IMG/VR virus record: IMGVR_UViG_3300022745_000022
Span: 20,344-84,343 of that record
Length of the DNA stretch: 64,000 bases
Direction: 5' to 3' (one strand)
From: a virus
Shown here: positions 1-10,502 of the stretch, in pieces
How the letters are laid out: the number at the start of each line of letters is the position of its first letter
Numbering within the stretch: the stretch's first letter is position 1
Made by a program: the position numbers and the translations under genes
The notes under the pieces: model-generated
Seen by the model: only the letters and a program-made list of their open reading frames with translations
Told to the model about the DNA's origin: nothing
Database searches by the model: none

Positions 1-282
1 GAACTGTTCGGGCTGAAAAGCCTGCCAGCCACTATGGTATTGGTATGGATGGCACGCAGGGCCGGTCCTCAGGGAGAGGTGATTCTTGATCAGCCTGCAC
101 GAAAGCAGCTCATGACTGAGCTTAATATCTCCAAGCAACACCTTACAAACCAGCTTGCTACGCTGCGAAAGATGGGTATAATCACGCAAATTGATGGTAC
201 CCGGGAAGTTACGCTTGCAGATTTCGTACCTTACGGAACCACCGACCGTCTGGATTATCACCTCTTATTCGTGAAACCATGA
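1..282 (+). CDS. 5'-truncated small DNA-binding (winged-HTH / RepL-like) protein
   Basis: Frame is open from base 1 (ELFGLKSLPAT-MVLVW...), so the gene starts before the window. The segment LMTELNISKQHLTNQLATLRKMGII has the wHTH pattern. RepL-like wHTH genes commonly precede the crAss-like capsid module. Confidence 0.45.
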   Translation, partial: ELFGLKSLPATMVLVWMARRAGPQGEVILDQPARKQLMTELNISKQHLTNQLATLRKMGIITQIDGTREVTLADFVPYGTTDRLDYHLLFVKP

Positions 283-545
283 TCGATTCCATGCAAGCTC
301 AACTGAGCACACTATTCCGCCGCAGCACTGTCATCGTCTACGTAGTGGTCATCATGTGCTCCTCCATCTGGTGCGTCATCGGGTATCAATGCGGCCACCA
401 CGCCGCCGTGAAAGTGATGCACGTGGCCCTTGACTCGGTAATCCACCGAAGCGACTCCATCACTGGTGATTACCGTGAGTTCCAGGATTCCACGCTCAAG
501 GAGCAGCTCAGGAATGCACTTGAAAACACTGAGAAGATACCGTGA
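279..545 (+). CDS. Hypothetical membrane-anchored protein
   Basis: 88 aa, ATGA/GTGA-coupled to both neighbours. One hydrophobic stretch (VIVYVVVIMCSSIWCVIG). Confidence 0.55.
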   Translation: MIDSMQAQLSTLFRRSTVIVYVVVIMCSSIWCVIGYQCGHHAAVKVMHVALDSVIHRSDSITGDYREFQDSTLKEQLRNALENTEKIP

Positions 546-1303
546 TACAATACGAGGACAGCTCCCACACATACTCCTTCCGTGGCCAGCGCTACATCTC
601 GGTCACGCAACTCCTGCACTTCGTTACTCCGCAGTTTGATACAGAAGCTCAGGCCAAACGCATGGCTGAGAATCACGGCGCCACGCCAGGCTACTGGAAG
701 AAGCGATGGGCCGCCCAGTCCAAAGCTGCAGCCGAGCAAGGAACCAATTTCCACAACACACAGGAACTACTCACCGAAAGCCAGGGCTTCGAGATGAGAC
801 TGGGTAAGCCACTACGCGTACGTAACGCGGACCAGCAGTCGATGGCCACCTGGAACTACAGCTCCTGGTTGGATGGCGTCTACACGGAGCTACTACTCTG
901 GGATCACCACTGGCAGCTCGCCGGTCGAGTGGACAAGACCATATTCCGCACAGACACGGTGGGTCGGTGGGCGGATATTGATGACTACAAGACCAACAAG
1001 AAGATACGCCAGCGCGGCTGGGTGGAGAACGGCATTCCCAGGACCCTGCTCACACCACTGACCCACCTTGAGGATTGCGAATACAACAAGTACGCACTGC
1101 AGTTCAGTCTGTATCAGTTCATGCTCGAGCGCATGGGCTTCAGGGCAGGTACGCGTCGCATGCTGTATCACCCACCACTGTTACCTGACCTCTCTGACGA
1201 TCCGAACGAACGCCGGCAGAAGCCGATTATATACGAACTTCCTTATCTTTACGATGAGGTACAGGAACTCCTCGATTACACATGGAAACTAAGAAGCCTT
1301 TGA
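542..1303 (+). CDS. PD-(D/E)XK (RecB/Cas4-like) nuclease
   Basis: Motifs YISVTQLL, GTNFH, LAGRVD, IDDYKTNK, YALQFSLY. Position upstream of the terminase is typical of crAss-like phages. Confidence 0.85.
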   Translation: MIQYEDSSHTYSFRGQRYISVTQLLHFVTPQFDTEAQAKRMAENHGATPGYWKKRWAAQSKAAAEQGTNFHNTQELLTESQGFEMRLGKPLRVRNADQQSMATWNYSSWLDGVYTELLLWDHHWQLAGRVDKTIFRTDTVGRWADIDDYKTNKKIRQRGWVENGIPRTLLTPLTHLEDCEYNKYALQFSLYQFMLERMGFRAGTRRMLYHPPLLPDLSDDPNERRQKPIIYELPYLYDEVQELLDYTWKLRSL

Positions 1304-1521
1304 AGGCCACTGACCTGGAGGTGTGCAACAGGGATTGCCTGAAGCATGCTTCCCGCAAGACAGGAGAATCCCTCCCGGCAGTGACCGCCATCATCACCCA
1401 CTTAAGCACCTTCGTAGGGGACCGTCTCTGGGATCCCAACGTGGAATCGATGCAGGTGCCTTCCTTCGGCAAGTTCAAAGCCAAGCCTGTAAACTACCAG
1501 ACGTATGCAAAACCTCTTTGA
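1282..1521 (+). CDS. Small HU/IHF-like DNA-binding protein
   Basis: 79 aa. The segment IITHLSTFVGDRL...SMQVPSFGKFKAKP resembles the HU/IHF helix-2 plus 'V.i.gFGkF' strand. IHF-like genes are known in crAss-like capsid modules. Confidence 0.5.
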   Translation: METKKPLKATDLEVCNRDCLKHASRKTGESLPAVTAIITHLSTFVGDRLWDPNVESMQVPSFGKFKAKPVNYQTYAKPL

Positions 1522-2251
1522 GTTCGACATACACAGTGGCTTCATCAAGTTGAACCGGGAATGGATAGCCATGGTCCCTGAGTTCAAGGAGATCATCCAG
1601 GCCAAGACTCCGAGCAGGGGGGATACCGAGAACAAGAAGAAGCTACACGCCATCAAGGTATTCACCTACATCTTCATGCTGGTGGACTTCAAAAGTCCGC
1701 TACGGAACATGGATCCTGCAGAGAAGGTGAAGGAAGCGCTACGGGTATCGGAGCTCACCGACAAGGATATCAATGACAAGGTGAAGAAGGCTCTGGCCAC
1801 TTACGAGTGGTACCAGGAGAACTCAGCACGATCGCTACGCACACTGAAAGCCATGCGCGGTAGCCTGGACAAAGCTGACCGGTACTTCGAGAACGTCGAC
1901 TTCTCAGCCGTGGATAAGAAGGGAGAGCTCAAGTACTCCATGAAGGATTACCAGGCGGTGTTCAAGAACATGGCCGATACCTATAAGTCATTCGAAGAGT
2001 TCGAGCGCAGGGTGTATGAGGAACTCATGCAGGCTGCACGTACCATCCGCGGTCAGCGTTCCCTCGGTGGTAAGGAAGGTACCCGCAAGGAATGGCAGGA
2101 AGGCAAGCGTCCGGAGGCCGATACCAAGCGCATACAGGAGCTGACCAAGGAGCTATCGGAGATGGGCATCCGCATGTCGGAGGAGGATGAACCAGATCCT
2201 GGTATTGAAGACACCACTGAAGAAGAGGAGGACATAGATGGGCTTCCATAA
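1505..2251 (+). CDS. Conserved crAss-like protein immediately upstream of the terminase (small-terminase candidate)
   Basis: 248 aa, helical and charged with an acidic C-terminal tail. Overlaps the large terminase start. Function is inferred from position only. Confidence 0.5.
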   Translation: MQNLFEFDIHSGFIKLNREWIAMVPEFKEIIQAKTPSRGDTENKKKLHAIKVFTYIFMLVDFKSPLRNMDPAEKVKEALRVSELTDKDINDKVKKALATYEWYQENSARSLRTLKAMRGSLDKADRYFENVDFSAVDKKGELKYSMKDYQAVFKNMADTYKSFEEFERRVYEELMQAARTIRGQRSLGGKEGTRKEWQEGKRPEADTKRIQELTKELSEMGIRMSEEDEPDPGIEDTTEEEEDIDGLP

Positions 2252-4331
2252 GCTTGCCAATACACAGTATTTCCGTGAAGCCGCCAGGGATTTCATATCC
2301 AATGGCGGCTATTACACACGTGCCCCTGAGGGTTCGCGTGAGTACCAGCAGTACTGGGACATGTGGGAAGAGCGCTGCAAGAACGGCATGTCCACCGGTG
2401 GCCTATGGGTACCGGGACGTCATGTCTTCTATATGAACTTCACACCTATCATGAAGATCGCTGACGGACAGATACACGCGGCGATGAAAGAGGCCCGTGG
2501 CAAGGGTGGGCAGATCAGCAAGATGACCATGGAGCGTATCCTTGACTTCCCGCGCTTCTATGAGATAGACTACGAGTGGTACAACTTCAAGAACATCGCA
2601 TGGTTCGGTGGCTCATTCATGGGTGTGGAATCCCCTGGCGCCCAGCACCTGGTCTGCGCCAAGGCGCGCGGTGCCGGCTTCTCCTTTAAGGAAGCCTCCG
2701 ACGGTGTGTACAACTTCACCTTCATTCCACGCTCCAAGTCCTACTACTTCGCGGCCCTCGAGCAGTACCTGTCCAATGACGGCATCCTGAACAAGGCAAA
2801 GGACATGCTCGACTTCATCAACGATCACTGTCCCGAATGGAAACAGAACCGTGTGAAGAGTGACCAGGTACTGAAGATGAAGGCTTCCTATATGGATGAA
2901 CGTGGCGTGGAACGCGGTAACATGGCCGAGATGCTTGGTGTGGTCATCAACAACCCCAACAAGACCCGCGGTAAGAGGGGACGCAAGGTTACCTTTGAGG
3001 AAGCCGGTTCCTTCACCAACCTGAAGAAGGCACTCAAGGTGTCGCTCGGTTCCATCAAGGATGGTGGTGTGACGGTGGGCCAGATTTCCGTGTTCGGTAC
3101 CGGTGGTGAAGAAGGCCCATCCATCGAGGGCCTGGAGGACATCTTCAGCAACCCACGAGAGTACGAGATGCTCGCCTTTCCCAACGTATACGAGGATGGG
3201 ATGGAAGAGACGGAGATTGGCTACTTCGTGCCGGCCACGCGGACCAACCCCGTGTTCATGGATGAGGAGGGCAACGTGGACATGCGTGCAGCCTATGATT
3301 ACGAGCTGGAACAACGCGAGCGTGAGAAACGCAAGCCGGATCCCAAGGAGTATGACGGCTACATCGCGGAATACCCCATTTTCCCCAGTGAGGTGTTTCA
3401 GCGCGTGACGGTGAATCCGTTCATGGCCAGGGAACTGAAAGCACATATCCAGCGCATCCAGCGTTCTTCCACCATACAGTCCCTGCTTCGCCACGGTGAC
3501 TTCATCGGCAGCGGGCCCAAGCTCAAGTTCGTAGCGCAACCCAAGAACGTAGCACGCCCGATCGAGAATTATCCGCACACGCGTGAGGATAACCTGGAGG
3601 GATGCGTGACCATCGCCGAAGAGCCGTTCCGTGACCAGAAAGGCCACGTCCCCAGAAACATGTACAAGGTGGTCTTTGACCCCTATTATAAGGAAGAGTC
3701 AGATAGCGTGACCTCGCTATTCTGCATCCACGTCCTGAAGCTGTACAATAGCATTGATCCCAAGAACCAAGGCCTTCCGGTAGCGTGGTTCCGTGGCCGT
3801 CCACAGGACCTGGACCGCGCATACCGCATCCTGTTCGACCTGGCCGACTGGTACAACACAGATGTGCAGGGTGAGATCGCCGGTGGTGGTCAGGGTGTGC
3901 TGGACTATGCCAAGCGCCTGCACCTACTGGAAAAGGTCTGCTTCGAGCCGGAATCCCTCAACAACAAGGAGATCGACAAAGGTGCCAACCGTCGCTACCT
4001 GATGAACATGGCCACGGAGCGCAAGCGCATCGGCCTCACTTACCTGGTCGACTGGCATGCACAAGTGCGCCATATAGGTGAGGATGGAAGGAAATATCGG
4101 GTACTTCACCAGCTCTACGACATTGTCGCATGCAAAGAGATGCTTAAATTCGACGGGAAAAAGAACGCGGACTCCATCTCCTCGCTGGTGGTAGGCATGT
4201 TCGAACTCAGGGAAGAGGTCTATCGGCAGGAAACCCAGCGCTCCGATGAGCGTCGAAAGGATGACTTCCTGAACAGGCCACTGTATGTGGAGGTGGAGGA
4301 TTACGATTCAGAAACAACTACAAGCTATTGA
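2238..4331 (+). CDS. terL: Terminase large subunit
   Basis: Walker A variant KARGAGFS, Walker B VTFEEAG, coupling motif VFGTGG, RNase H-like nuclease motif VVFDPY and C-terminal DSISS. Size and order match crAss-like phages. Confidence 0.93.
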   Translation: MGFHKLANTQYFREAARDFISNGGYYTRAPEGSREYQQYWDMWEERCKNGMSTGGLWVPGRHVFYMNFTPIMKIADGQIHAAMKEARGKGGQISKMTMERILDFPRFYEIDYEWYNFKNIAWFGGSFMGVESPGAQHLVCAKARGAGFSFKEASDGVYNFTFIPRSKSYYFAALEQYLSNDGILNKAKDMLDFINDHCPEWKQNRVKSDQVLKMKASYMDERGVERGNMAEMLGVVINNPNKTRGKRGRKVTFEEAGSFTNLKKALKVSLGSIKDGGVTVGQISVFGTGGEEGPSIEGLEDIFSNPREYEMLAFPNVYEDGMEETEIGYFVPATRTNPVFMDEEGNVDMRAAYDYELEQREREKRKPDPKEYDGYIAEYPIFPSEVFQRVTVNPFMARELKAHIQRIQRSSTIQSLLRHGDFIGSGPKLKFVAQPKNVARPIENYPHTREDNLEGCVTIAEEPFRDQKGHVPRNMYKVVFDPYYKEESDSVTSLFCIHVLKLYNSIDPKNQGLPVAWFRGRPQDLDRAYRILFDLADWYNTDVQGEIAGGGQGVLDYAKRLHLLEKVCFEPESLNNKEIDKGANRRYLMNMATERKRIGLTYLVDWHAQVRHIGEDGRKYRVLHQLYDIVACKEMLKFDGKKNADSISSLVVGMFELREEVYRQETQRSDERRKDDFLNRPLYVEVEDYDSETTTSY

Positions 4332-4332
4332 T

Positions 4333-6741
4333 ATGGAAGATACAAGGGAAGTGCATCGCAGTGGCGTGAGTATCGGCCGGCCCAACCAGATCGTGCCCTA
4401 CTCAGAGAAGACTGACGAATGGTTCCACCAGAACTGTGACTTCTACATCCAGAACAGTTGGCAGATGGCCAGCGGGAGCAACACGGAGTATGCGGACCTG
4501 GACACCAAGACGCTGTACGATGTGTACAACAACGTCTTCCCGATGAAGTGGTTCTCGCACCTTACGGATCCACTGAACGCAAAGGACCAGAAGTACAAAC
4601 GCTTCCCTGCCAAGATCCGCCCGCTGAATATCCTGCGCACTTCCATCGACCTGCTCCTGAACGAGCTCCGTCAACGCCCCTTCGTCGTGCAGGTGGTTAA
4701 CACCGGTGAGAAAGCATACAACGAATATCAGGAGAACCTGCAGAAGAATATGGTGCAGAACCTCACCCAGCACTTCATGGCCATCGCTGAAGAAGCGGCC
4801 AAGCAAGCCAATGTGCAGGGTATCGGTAATGCCAAGGGCACACAGCAACAGGAACAGCAGGCTCCGCAACTCGATATCCCCGCCAAGGTCGCTGAACGCT
4901 TCCACGCCACATACAAGGACAACCAGGCCATCATGGCCCAGCGTTGGTTCGGTAAGAACCTCGACAAGATGCGCTTCCATCGCAAGCGCTCCCAACGCTT
5001 CAAGGACTTCCTGATCGGCGGCTTCGCGTACAGCTATAAGAACATCGTCAATGGTGAACTGGTCTATGAACGCGTGCCGGTCATGGAACTCAAGTATGCC
5101 AAGAGCCCCAACGAGGTCTTCGTCAACAAGTCCTCCTGGGCCGTACGCCGTCAGTGGCTTACCGTAGCGGATGTGGTAGAGCGATTCCACTCCTCGCTGA
5201 CCAAGGCCACAGTTGAGGAGATCTACTCCAAGGCCAACCTCGGAGCGAACGTTCCCTTCACCGGACCACTGTTCTTCGACTACCTGACCAACAATGCCTC
5301 CATGAGCCGTGACCTGGTTCCCGTGTATCACGTGACCTGGCGCGGTAAGAAGATGGTCAAGATCCTCTCCTATCCGGATCCCATGACCGGTACCATCGAG
5401 ACCATGGAAGTGGATGAGGATTATCCAGTGGACGCTACAGCGGGGGAGACCTCCAAGATAGAGTACCGGGATGAGGTATATGAATGCTGGAGGATACTCC
5501 AGGATATCTACGCAGAGCCCGGCCCCATCGTGGTACAGAATGGTAACCTGCCGTACAACGGACGTGCCTTCTCCGATACCCACTCTTCCAACATCAGTGT
5601 CATGAAGATCGGCTTGCCGTTCCAGATGATGGTGATGATCATCAACTGGACCATCGAGCGCATGATCGCCAAGAGCAAGGGCAAGATCCTGCTCATGGAC
5701 GTGAATGCCATCCCGGAACACGGGGACTGGACGGAGGAGAAGTTCTTCTACTACGCAGAAGCCATGGGTTATGGTCTCATTGACCGTGACCGTCGCAAAG
5801 TGGATAAGAGTTACAATCAGTACCAGGTGCTGGACATGAGCATGTACGACCAGATCAAGCAGCTCATCGACCTGCAGAACCACTACCGGCAGATGTGGGA
5901 CGACGTCCTCGGCATCACACTCCCACGGAAGGGCCAAACCTACGCATCTTCTTCTCCCACCAACAACGAACGCTCACTTTTCCAATCGAACATCATCACC
6001 GACAACATCTTCACGCTGTTCGAAGAGATCGATGAAGAAGACCTCAACGACCTGCTGTCCTACGCCAAGATCCTAACGGCCAATGGTGCCAAGGCGCTCT
6101 ACACCTCTGACCTGATGGATATGGAGCTACTGAACCTGGACCCAGCGGAGTTCATCGACGCTGAGCTGGAGCTGTACGTACGCACCTCGGCCAAGGAACA
6201 GCGTCGCCTGGATGAGGCCAAGAGCACCATGAAGCAACTCATACAGAACAAGGCATCCGCCACACTCATCCTGGAGATGATCGCTTCAGAGAGCTTCGCG
6301 GAGATGAAGACCAAGGTGGCCTACATCGAAGATCTTGCCCGGCAGGCCGATGAAGCCAGTGCGGATAACGAAGCCAAGCGCCAGGCAGACGCCGACGAGC
6401 GCGCCAAGGGCTTCGAAGAGTTCAAGACCATGCTGCAGCAGACGCTTATCAATACCGAGTGGGACCGTAAAGACCAGAACACGGTCATCAAGGGCGAGTA
6501 CGATACTGCGGCTCGCGAAAACCAGGGACTTGGCGGCGGAGTGGAAGATGGCCAGGCCATTGCAGACCGCATCCTCAAGCAGTTCGATGTTATTACTGGT
6601 GCGCAGGTCAAGCGCGAGCAGATCGCCAGCACGGAACGCACCACCAACGACAAGCTTGCCGTAGAGCGCGAGAAGATCGAGAGCGCAGAGCGCATCGCGG
6701 AAATGCAGGACAAGACCAATCGCCAGAAAAAAACCTCTTAA
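4333..6741 (+). CDS. Portal protein
   Basis: About 800 aa directly after TerL. Segments KIRPLNILRTSIDLLL, LPYNGRAF, IAKSKGKILL and NQYQVLDMS match crAss-like portals. ATG 4333 is preferred over the track start 4285, which overlaps terL. Confidence 0.88.
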   Translation: MEDTREVHRSGVSIGRPNQIVPYSEKTDEWFHQNCDFYIQNSWQMASGSNTEYADLDTKTLYDVYNNVFPMKWFSHLTDPLNAKDQKYKRFPAKIRPLNILRTSIDLLLNELRQRPFVVQVVNTGEKAYNEYQENLQKNMVQNLTQHFMAIAEEAAKQANVQGIGNAKGTQQQEQQAPQLDIPAKVAERFHATYKDNQAIMAQRWFGKNLDKMRFHRKRSQRFKDFLIGGFAYSYKNIVNGELVYERVPVMELKYAKSPNEVFVNKSSWAVRRQWLTVADVVERFHSSLTKATVEEIYSKANLGANVPFTGPLFFDYLTNNASMSRDLVPVYHVTWRGKKMVKILSYPDPMTGTIETMEVDEDYPVDATAGETSKIEYRDEVYECWRILQDIYAEPGPIVVQNGNLPYNGRAFSDTHSSNISVMKIGLPFQMMVMIINWTIERMIAKSKGKILLMDVNAIPEHGDWTEEKFFYYAEAMGYGLIDRDRRKVDKSYNQYQVLDMSMYDQIKQLIDLQNHYRQMWDDVLGITLPRKGQTYASSSPTNNERSLFQSNIITDNIFTLFEEIDEEDLNDLLSYAKILTANGAKALYTSDLMDMELLNLDPAEFIDAELELYVRTSAKEQRRLDEAKSTMKQLIQNKASATLILEMIASESFAEMKTKVAYIEDLARQADEASADNEAKRQADADERAKGFEEFKTMLQQTLINTEWDRKDQNTVIKGEYDTAARENQGLGGGVEDGQAIADRILKQFDVITGAQVKREQIASTERTTNDKLAVEREKIESAERIAEMQDKTNRQKKTS

Positions 6742-6750
6742 CATTTACAT

Positions 6751-7860
6751 ATGGATCAACAACAGCAGACCGAAGAAGTAAAGAAGATCTCCATGGCAGA
6801 CCTCGACCAGCCCGAACGCATCCCGTTCCAGCCGGTGGAAGGTGCGCCGAAGGACCTGAACGAGGAAGCCCAGAAACAGAAAGCCGATGATGAGACGGGG
6901 AAGACCGACGACAAGCCCACCCCTGCAGCGACCACTGAAACCAAGGCTGAGGAGACCAAGCCGGAAGGTGAAGAAGAAGAAGATAAAGTAGATGCTGCAC
7001 CTGCAGGTACCGAGACTGATGAAGATCCTCTGGAGTTTTTCAAGGAAGTCGATCGGGTACGCGGTATGTCAGTGGCCGTTGAATATGGGGATGTGTCCCC
7101 GAACTCACTGGAGGGTATCGTACTCCGTGAGCGTGCTATCGAACAACAGGCCATTCAGCGTTACCAGGCAGATCTCACCCAGACCATGCCACGTGTGGCT
7201 GCATATCAGCTCCACATACAGCGCGGCGGTACCGACGAAGAGTTCTTCGGCAGAAAAAATCTTGCCCTTCCTGAGTACGAGATGTTTAAAAATGATGTAG
7301 GTTTACAAAAGCAGATCTACAAGAACGACCTTCTGCGCAAAGGACTCGGTGAAGACGAAGTCGAAGCACTGATAGGTATCGCTGAAAAGTCCAACAAGCT
7401 CGCTGCGGAAGCTGACAAGGCTTACAAGGCACAGGAGCAACGGGACAAGGACGAGTTGGCCAGGCTGACTCAACTTGCCGAAGAGGACACGCGGAACTAT
7501 CAACAGAAGGTGGCCGAGCTGGGAACCCTACTTGACACAGCGATCAAGTCCCCGGCAATGAACGTGGTCATTCCCGACAGTGAGCAGAAAGGCTTCCGGG
7601 ATTTCGTCAACGAGATGCTGCAGACCGATGGCAAGGAGTTTTACCTGGCCCAGCCGCTGAAGAAAGAGACCATTGACGCGGTGATGGCAGCCATGTACTT
7701 GCAGTTCAAGAAAGGTGACCTCTCCAAGATCGTGGAGCGCAAAGCCCGTACGCTCAACGTCGCCAAGAATTCCCAAAAACTCGACAGCAGCAAAAAGACC
7801 GTCGCTACGGCCGAACAGGTGACCAAGAAAACGGTGACCTTAGGCGAACAGCGGTGGTAA
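6751..7860 (+). CDS. Acidic scaffold-like capsid assembly protein
   Basis: 369 aa with a very acidic low-complexity N-terminus and coiled coils. Lies between portal and MCP as in crAss-like phages. Confidence 0.6.
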   Translation: MDQQQQTEEVKKISMADLDQPERIPFQPVEGAPKDLNEEAQKQKADDETGKTDDKPTPAATTETKAEETKPEGEEEEDKVDAAPAGTETDEDPLEFFKEVDRVRGMSVAVEYGDVSPNSLEGIVLRERAIEQQAIQRYQADLTQTMPRVAAYQLHIQRGGTDEEFFGRKNLALPEYEMFKNDVGLQKQIYKNDLLRKGLGEDEVEALIGIAEKSNKLAAEADKAYKAQEQRDKDELARLTQLAEEDTRNYQQKVAELGTLLDTAIKSPAMNVVIPDSEQKGFRDFVNEMLQTDGKEFYLAQPLKKETIDAVMAAMYLQFKKGDLSKIVERKARTLNVAKNSQKLDSSKKTVATAEQVTKKTVTLGEQRW

Positions 7861-7886
7861 TAACACGTTAAAAACCCCGTAGCAAT

Positions 7887-9425
7887 ATGAACATGCTCCC
7901 CAGACTCAAGTACCAGGTGACCGAGCACATACTCGACACCAAGAGTCTTCTGGACGAAGAGAACTTCTACCATCAGAAGCAGGGTTCTCCTTCCGAACTC
8001 ACCCAGAAGCTCACCTACATCCTGGGCGACTACAACAAGAACTACCCCATCTCCCTGATGACCGTCGGTGGCGTTGGATTCGGTGGTAACGCGTTGAAGC
8101 GCACGGCTGTAGAGCTCGATGATCCTCAGTTCACCTATCCTGTGATGGGAAGGATGACAAAGGCATCGGTGGTTACCAAGACCATTTACATCTCCACGGA
8201 CAAACCTGGTCTTGGTAACCAGGAATTCAAGTTGTACTTCAACGACAACATCATCAAGCGTTTCTATGTGATCCAGTCCGCCAAAGGCGTTCAGGCTCAC
8301 GTCCGCAAGGATCCGGAACTGATCGGTGGTTTGTGGGAGTACACCTGCGTACTGGACCCCGCCACGGCATCTGACTACTGTCCCTTCACTGAAGTGGACA
8401 TGGGTGCAGCCTGGATCGGCTTGTACAGTGCGGTACCTGAAAGCCGTTCCCGTTCCACGGAAAGCGTGATGGCGATGCCCGGCCGGTATAAAAACCAGAT
8501 GGGCTTCCTGCGTCACGGCATGTCTTGGGCTGGTAACTCTGCCAATAAGATCATGCGCCTGGAGATCACTGCCCCGGACGGCACCTCCACCAAGGTGTGG
8601 ATGGACTGGTTCATGTGGCAGTTCGAACAGCAGTGGCTCTCTCAGTGCGAGAACGCCTACTGGTACAGCCGGTACAACCGCCTGACCGATGGTAGCGTAC
8701 CACTGAAGGACCTGTTGACCGGTAAGGTCATCCCCCGCGGTTCTGGCATCCTGGAACAGATCCAGAACAAGAGTACCTATTCCAGCCTCAGCTATGACTT
8801 CCTGCAGAACCTCATCGGTGACGCCCTGTACAACCAGGACGACCAGCAGGGTCGCGCACTGACCATCCATGGTGGTCGTGGCTTCCTGCGTGAGTTCGAT
8901 ACGGCCATGAAGGCCAAGGGTGTCAGCATGCTCAGCAACTGGGGTATGGTTGCCGACAAATTCGTGAATGGCACCGGCTATAACCTCATGCTGGGTGGCT
9001 ACTTCGACGGGTTCTACCACATCGATGGCTACGTCATCAAGGTGAAGCACAACCCTGTCTTCGACAAAGGCCAGGTTGCCATGGCACAGGTTGCCGGTGG
9101 TTACACTCACCCGGAGACCGGTTGGGCATTGGAATCGTATCGTGGCGTCTTCATCGACGACAACGACTACGATGGACAGCCCAACATCCAGCACGTTGCT
9201 CAGAAAGGCCGCGCATTCCTGCACGGTGTAGTTTCTGGCATCACGCCGGCTCCCAAGTCCATCCTCGCCATGACCGGTGAACTCGGCTCCCTCTCCAACG
9301 AGGCCAAGGCAGCCCTGATCTCCACCGACATGGACGAATCGTCCTACACCCGCTTCAAGAGCGCCGGCATCCAGATTCTGCGTGCCAATACTTGCTTCGA
9401 CCTGCAATGCGTTGCTGGTCAGTAA
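7887..9425 (+). CDS. Major capsid protein (crAss-like, HK97 fold)
   Basis: 512 aa with motifs PGRYKNQMGFLR, RGSGILEQI, GGYFDGFYHIDG.VIKVKHNPVFD and C-terminal GIQILRANTCF. Strong codon bias. Followed by a strong terminator. Confidence 0.9.
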   Translation: MNMLPRLKYQVTEHILDTKSLLDEENFYHQKQGSPSELTQKLTYILGDYNKNYPISLMTVGGVGFGGNALKRTAVELDDPQFTYPVMGRMTKASVVTKTIYISTDKPGLGNQEFKLYFNDNIIKRFYVIQSAKGVQAHVRKDPELIGGLWEYTCVLDPATASDYCPFTEVDMGAAWIGLYSAVPESRSRSTESVMAMPGRYKNQMGFLRHGMSWAGNSANKIMRLEITAPDGTSTKVWMDWFMWQFEQQWLSQCENAYWYSRYNRLTDGSVPLKDLLTGKVIPRGSGILEQIQNKSTYSSLSYDFLQNLIGDALYNQDDQQGRALTIHGGRGFLREFDTAMKAKGVSMLSNWGMVADKFVNGTGYNLMLGGYFDGFYHIDGYVIKVKHNPVFDKGQVAMAQVAGGYTHPETGWALESYRGVFIDDNDYDGQPNIQHVAQKGRAFLHGVVSGITPAPKSILAMTGELGSLSNEAKAALISTDMDESSYTRFKSAGIQILRANTCFDLQCVAGQ

Positions 9426-9447
9426 TGCGCTGTTGTTAGGAACATAG

Positions 9448-9480
9448 GGGGTCTTGGGAAACCAGGGCCCCTTTTTATTT
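9448..9480 (+). terminator. Rho-independent terminator after the MCP
   Basis: GGGGTCTTGG-GAAA-CCAGGGCCCC forms a 10-bp stem (two G-U pairs) with a GNRA loop, followed by TTTTTATTT. Confidence 0.9.
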
Positions 9481-9490
9481 GAATTTCCAC

Positions 9491-9498
9491 TACATTTG
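9491..9498 (+). promoter_or_regulatory. Candidate Bacteroidota -7 promoter element TACATTTG
   Basis: Exact TAnnTTTG match 20 nt upstream of ATG 9519, just after the terminator. No correctly spaced -33 TTTG was identified. Confidence 0.4.
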
Positions 9499-9518
9499 AG
9501 AAACAAACTTTCAACAGC

Positions 9519-10490
9519 ATGATCACAAAACCACTTGGTAAAGGCCAGCATCCTAACAGTAAGTTGGTCACCATCAGACGGGTCATCACCCAGCTTGAGC
9601 GCGTACAGAACCAGGCACTGGACTTCATGTCCATGAGCATCAAAAGCATCGGCTCTTACTGGGCCAGCAGCACGGACCGTCGAGTGGGTACCGGACTTGA
9701 CATCAACGAGATCGCCCTTCTCCTCCCCGCAGTCCTCGGTGTCTCCGCAGACGATAAGACCTTCCACCAGGAAGTCAAGAAATTCTATGACAGCATGAAG
9801 ACCAATGTTCCCTTCGGTGACGGTGTCACCCTGGAGATTGGACTCATGCTGGACAACAATGAGCCACTGACATACAGGGACCCCAAAGAGCCCACCCTAC
9901 GCAACCTTCCCATCAACTCCGCAGACTACATCCGCTATCGTCATGCTCTTGGTCACCCCAACGTGGTGGCTGACGAGGAATCCGCATATGGTAATCCACT
10001 GGCCCAGTTCTACATCCACGATGAAGACCTGGTGGCCAAGAAAGACCAGGCCGCCATGGACATCGAACAGGAAGCCTTCGGATATTCCAAGGAAGTGGAG
10101 TCCGACGAGAAACGCCTCAACGACTTCCTCATTTTGGCCGGCATCAACCCGATCGAGATTCCCAAGCTCGTCGACCGTCGCAAGCGCCTGCGCAAGATGG
10201 TGGAAGAAGATCCGCAGAAGGTCATCAAGCTGTACAAGACGGATCACTTCCAGGAACGCGTCAAAGTCAATGCCTTCCTACAGGTCGGTATCTTCAAGAT
10301 GGTAGGCAACGCCGTGTTCCAGTCTTCCGACAACAAGAAGCTCGCAGAGAGCATCGATGAACTGGCCCTGAAGTTCACCGTCGACGAGATGAGCGAGGAA
10401 GTCCTGATCTGGAGCCAGCAGTACGACGACATCACCACCAAGGCCAAGAACGCAGCGACCGGCCGTCGGAAGCTGAACCCACTGGTCTGA
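9519..10490 (+). CDS. Conserved crAss-like protein downstream of the MCP, function unknown
   Basis: 323 aa with LPIN.ADYIRYRHALGHP.V motif. Syntenic position right after the MCP. Confidence 0.6.
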   Translation: MITKPLGKGQHPNSKLVTIRRVITQLERVQNQALDFMSMSIKSIGSYWASSTDRRVGTGLDINEIALLLPAVLGVSADDKTFHQEVKKFYDSMKTNVPFGDGVTLEIGLMLDNNEPLTYRDPKEPTLRNLPINSADYIRYRHALGHPNVVADEESAYGNPLAQFYIHDEDLVAKKDQAAMDIEQEAFGYSKEVESDEKRLNDFLILAGINPIEIPKLVDRRKRLRKMVEEDPQKVIKLYKTDHFQERVKVNAFLQVGIFKMVGNAVFQSSDNKKLAESIDELALKFTVDEMSEEVLIWSQQYDDITTKAKNAATGRRKLNPLV

Positions 10491-10502
10491 AACCCATAAG
10501 CC

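Noticed and set aside
2613-5937. Antisense ORFs of 344 aa (2613-3647) and 511 aa (4402-5937) opposite terL and portal
   Set aside because: Same codon-bias shadow effect. They fully overlap well-supported essential genes.
7861-7870. Short inverted repeat TAAC-AC-GTTA before the MCP
   Set aside because: A 4-bp arm is expected by chance in AT-rich spacers, and I noticed no second copy.
7641-9767. 708-aa antisense ORF opposite the scaffold/MCP genes
   Set aside because: Shadow of the strongly C/G-ending sense codons, which suppress stops on the reverse strand. The sequence is rich in V/D/H/G with no recognisable motif, and it crosses a terminator.
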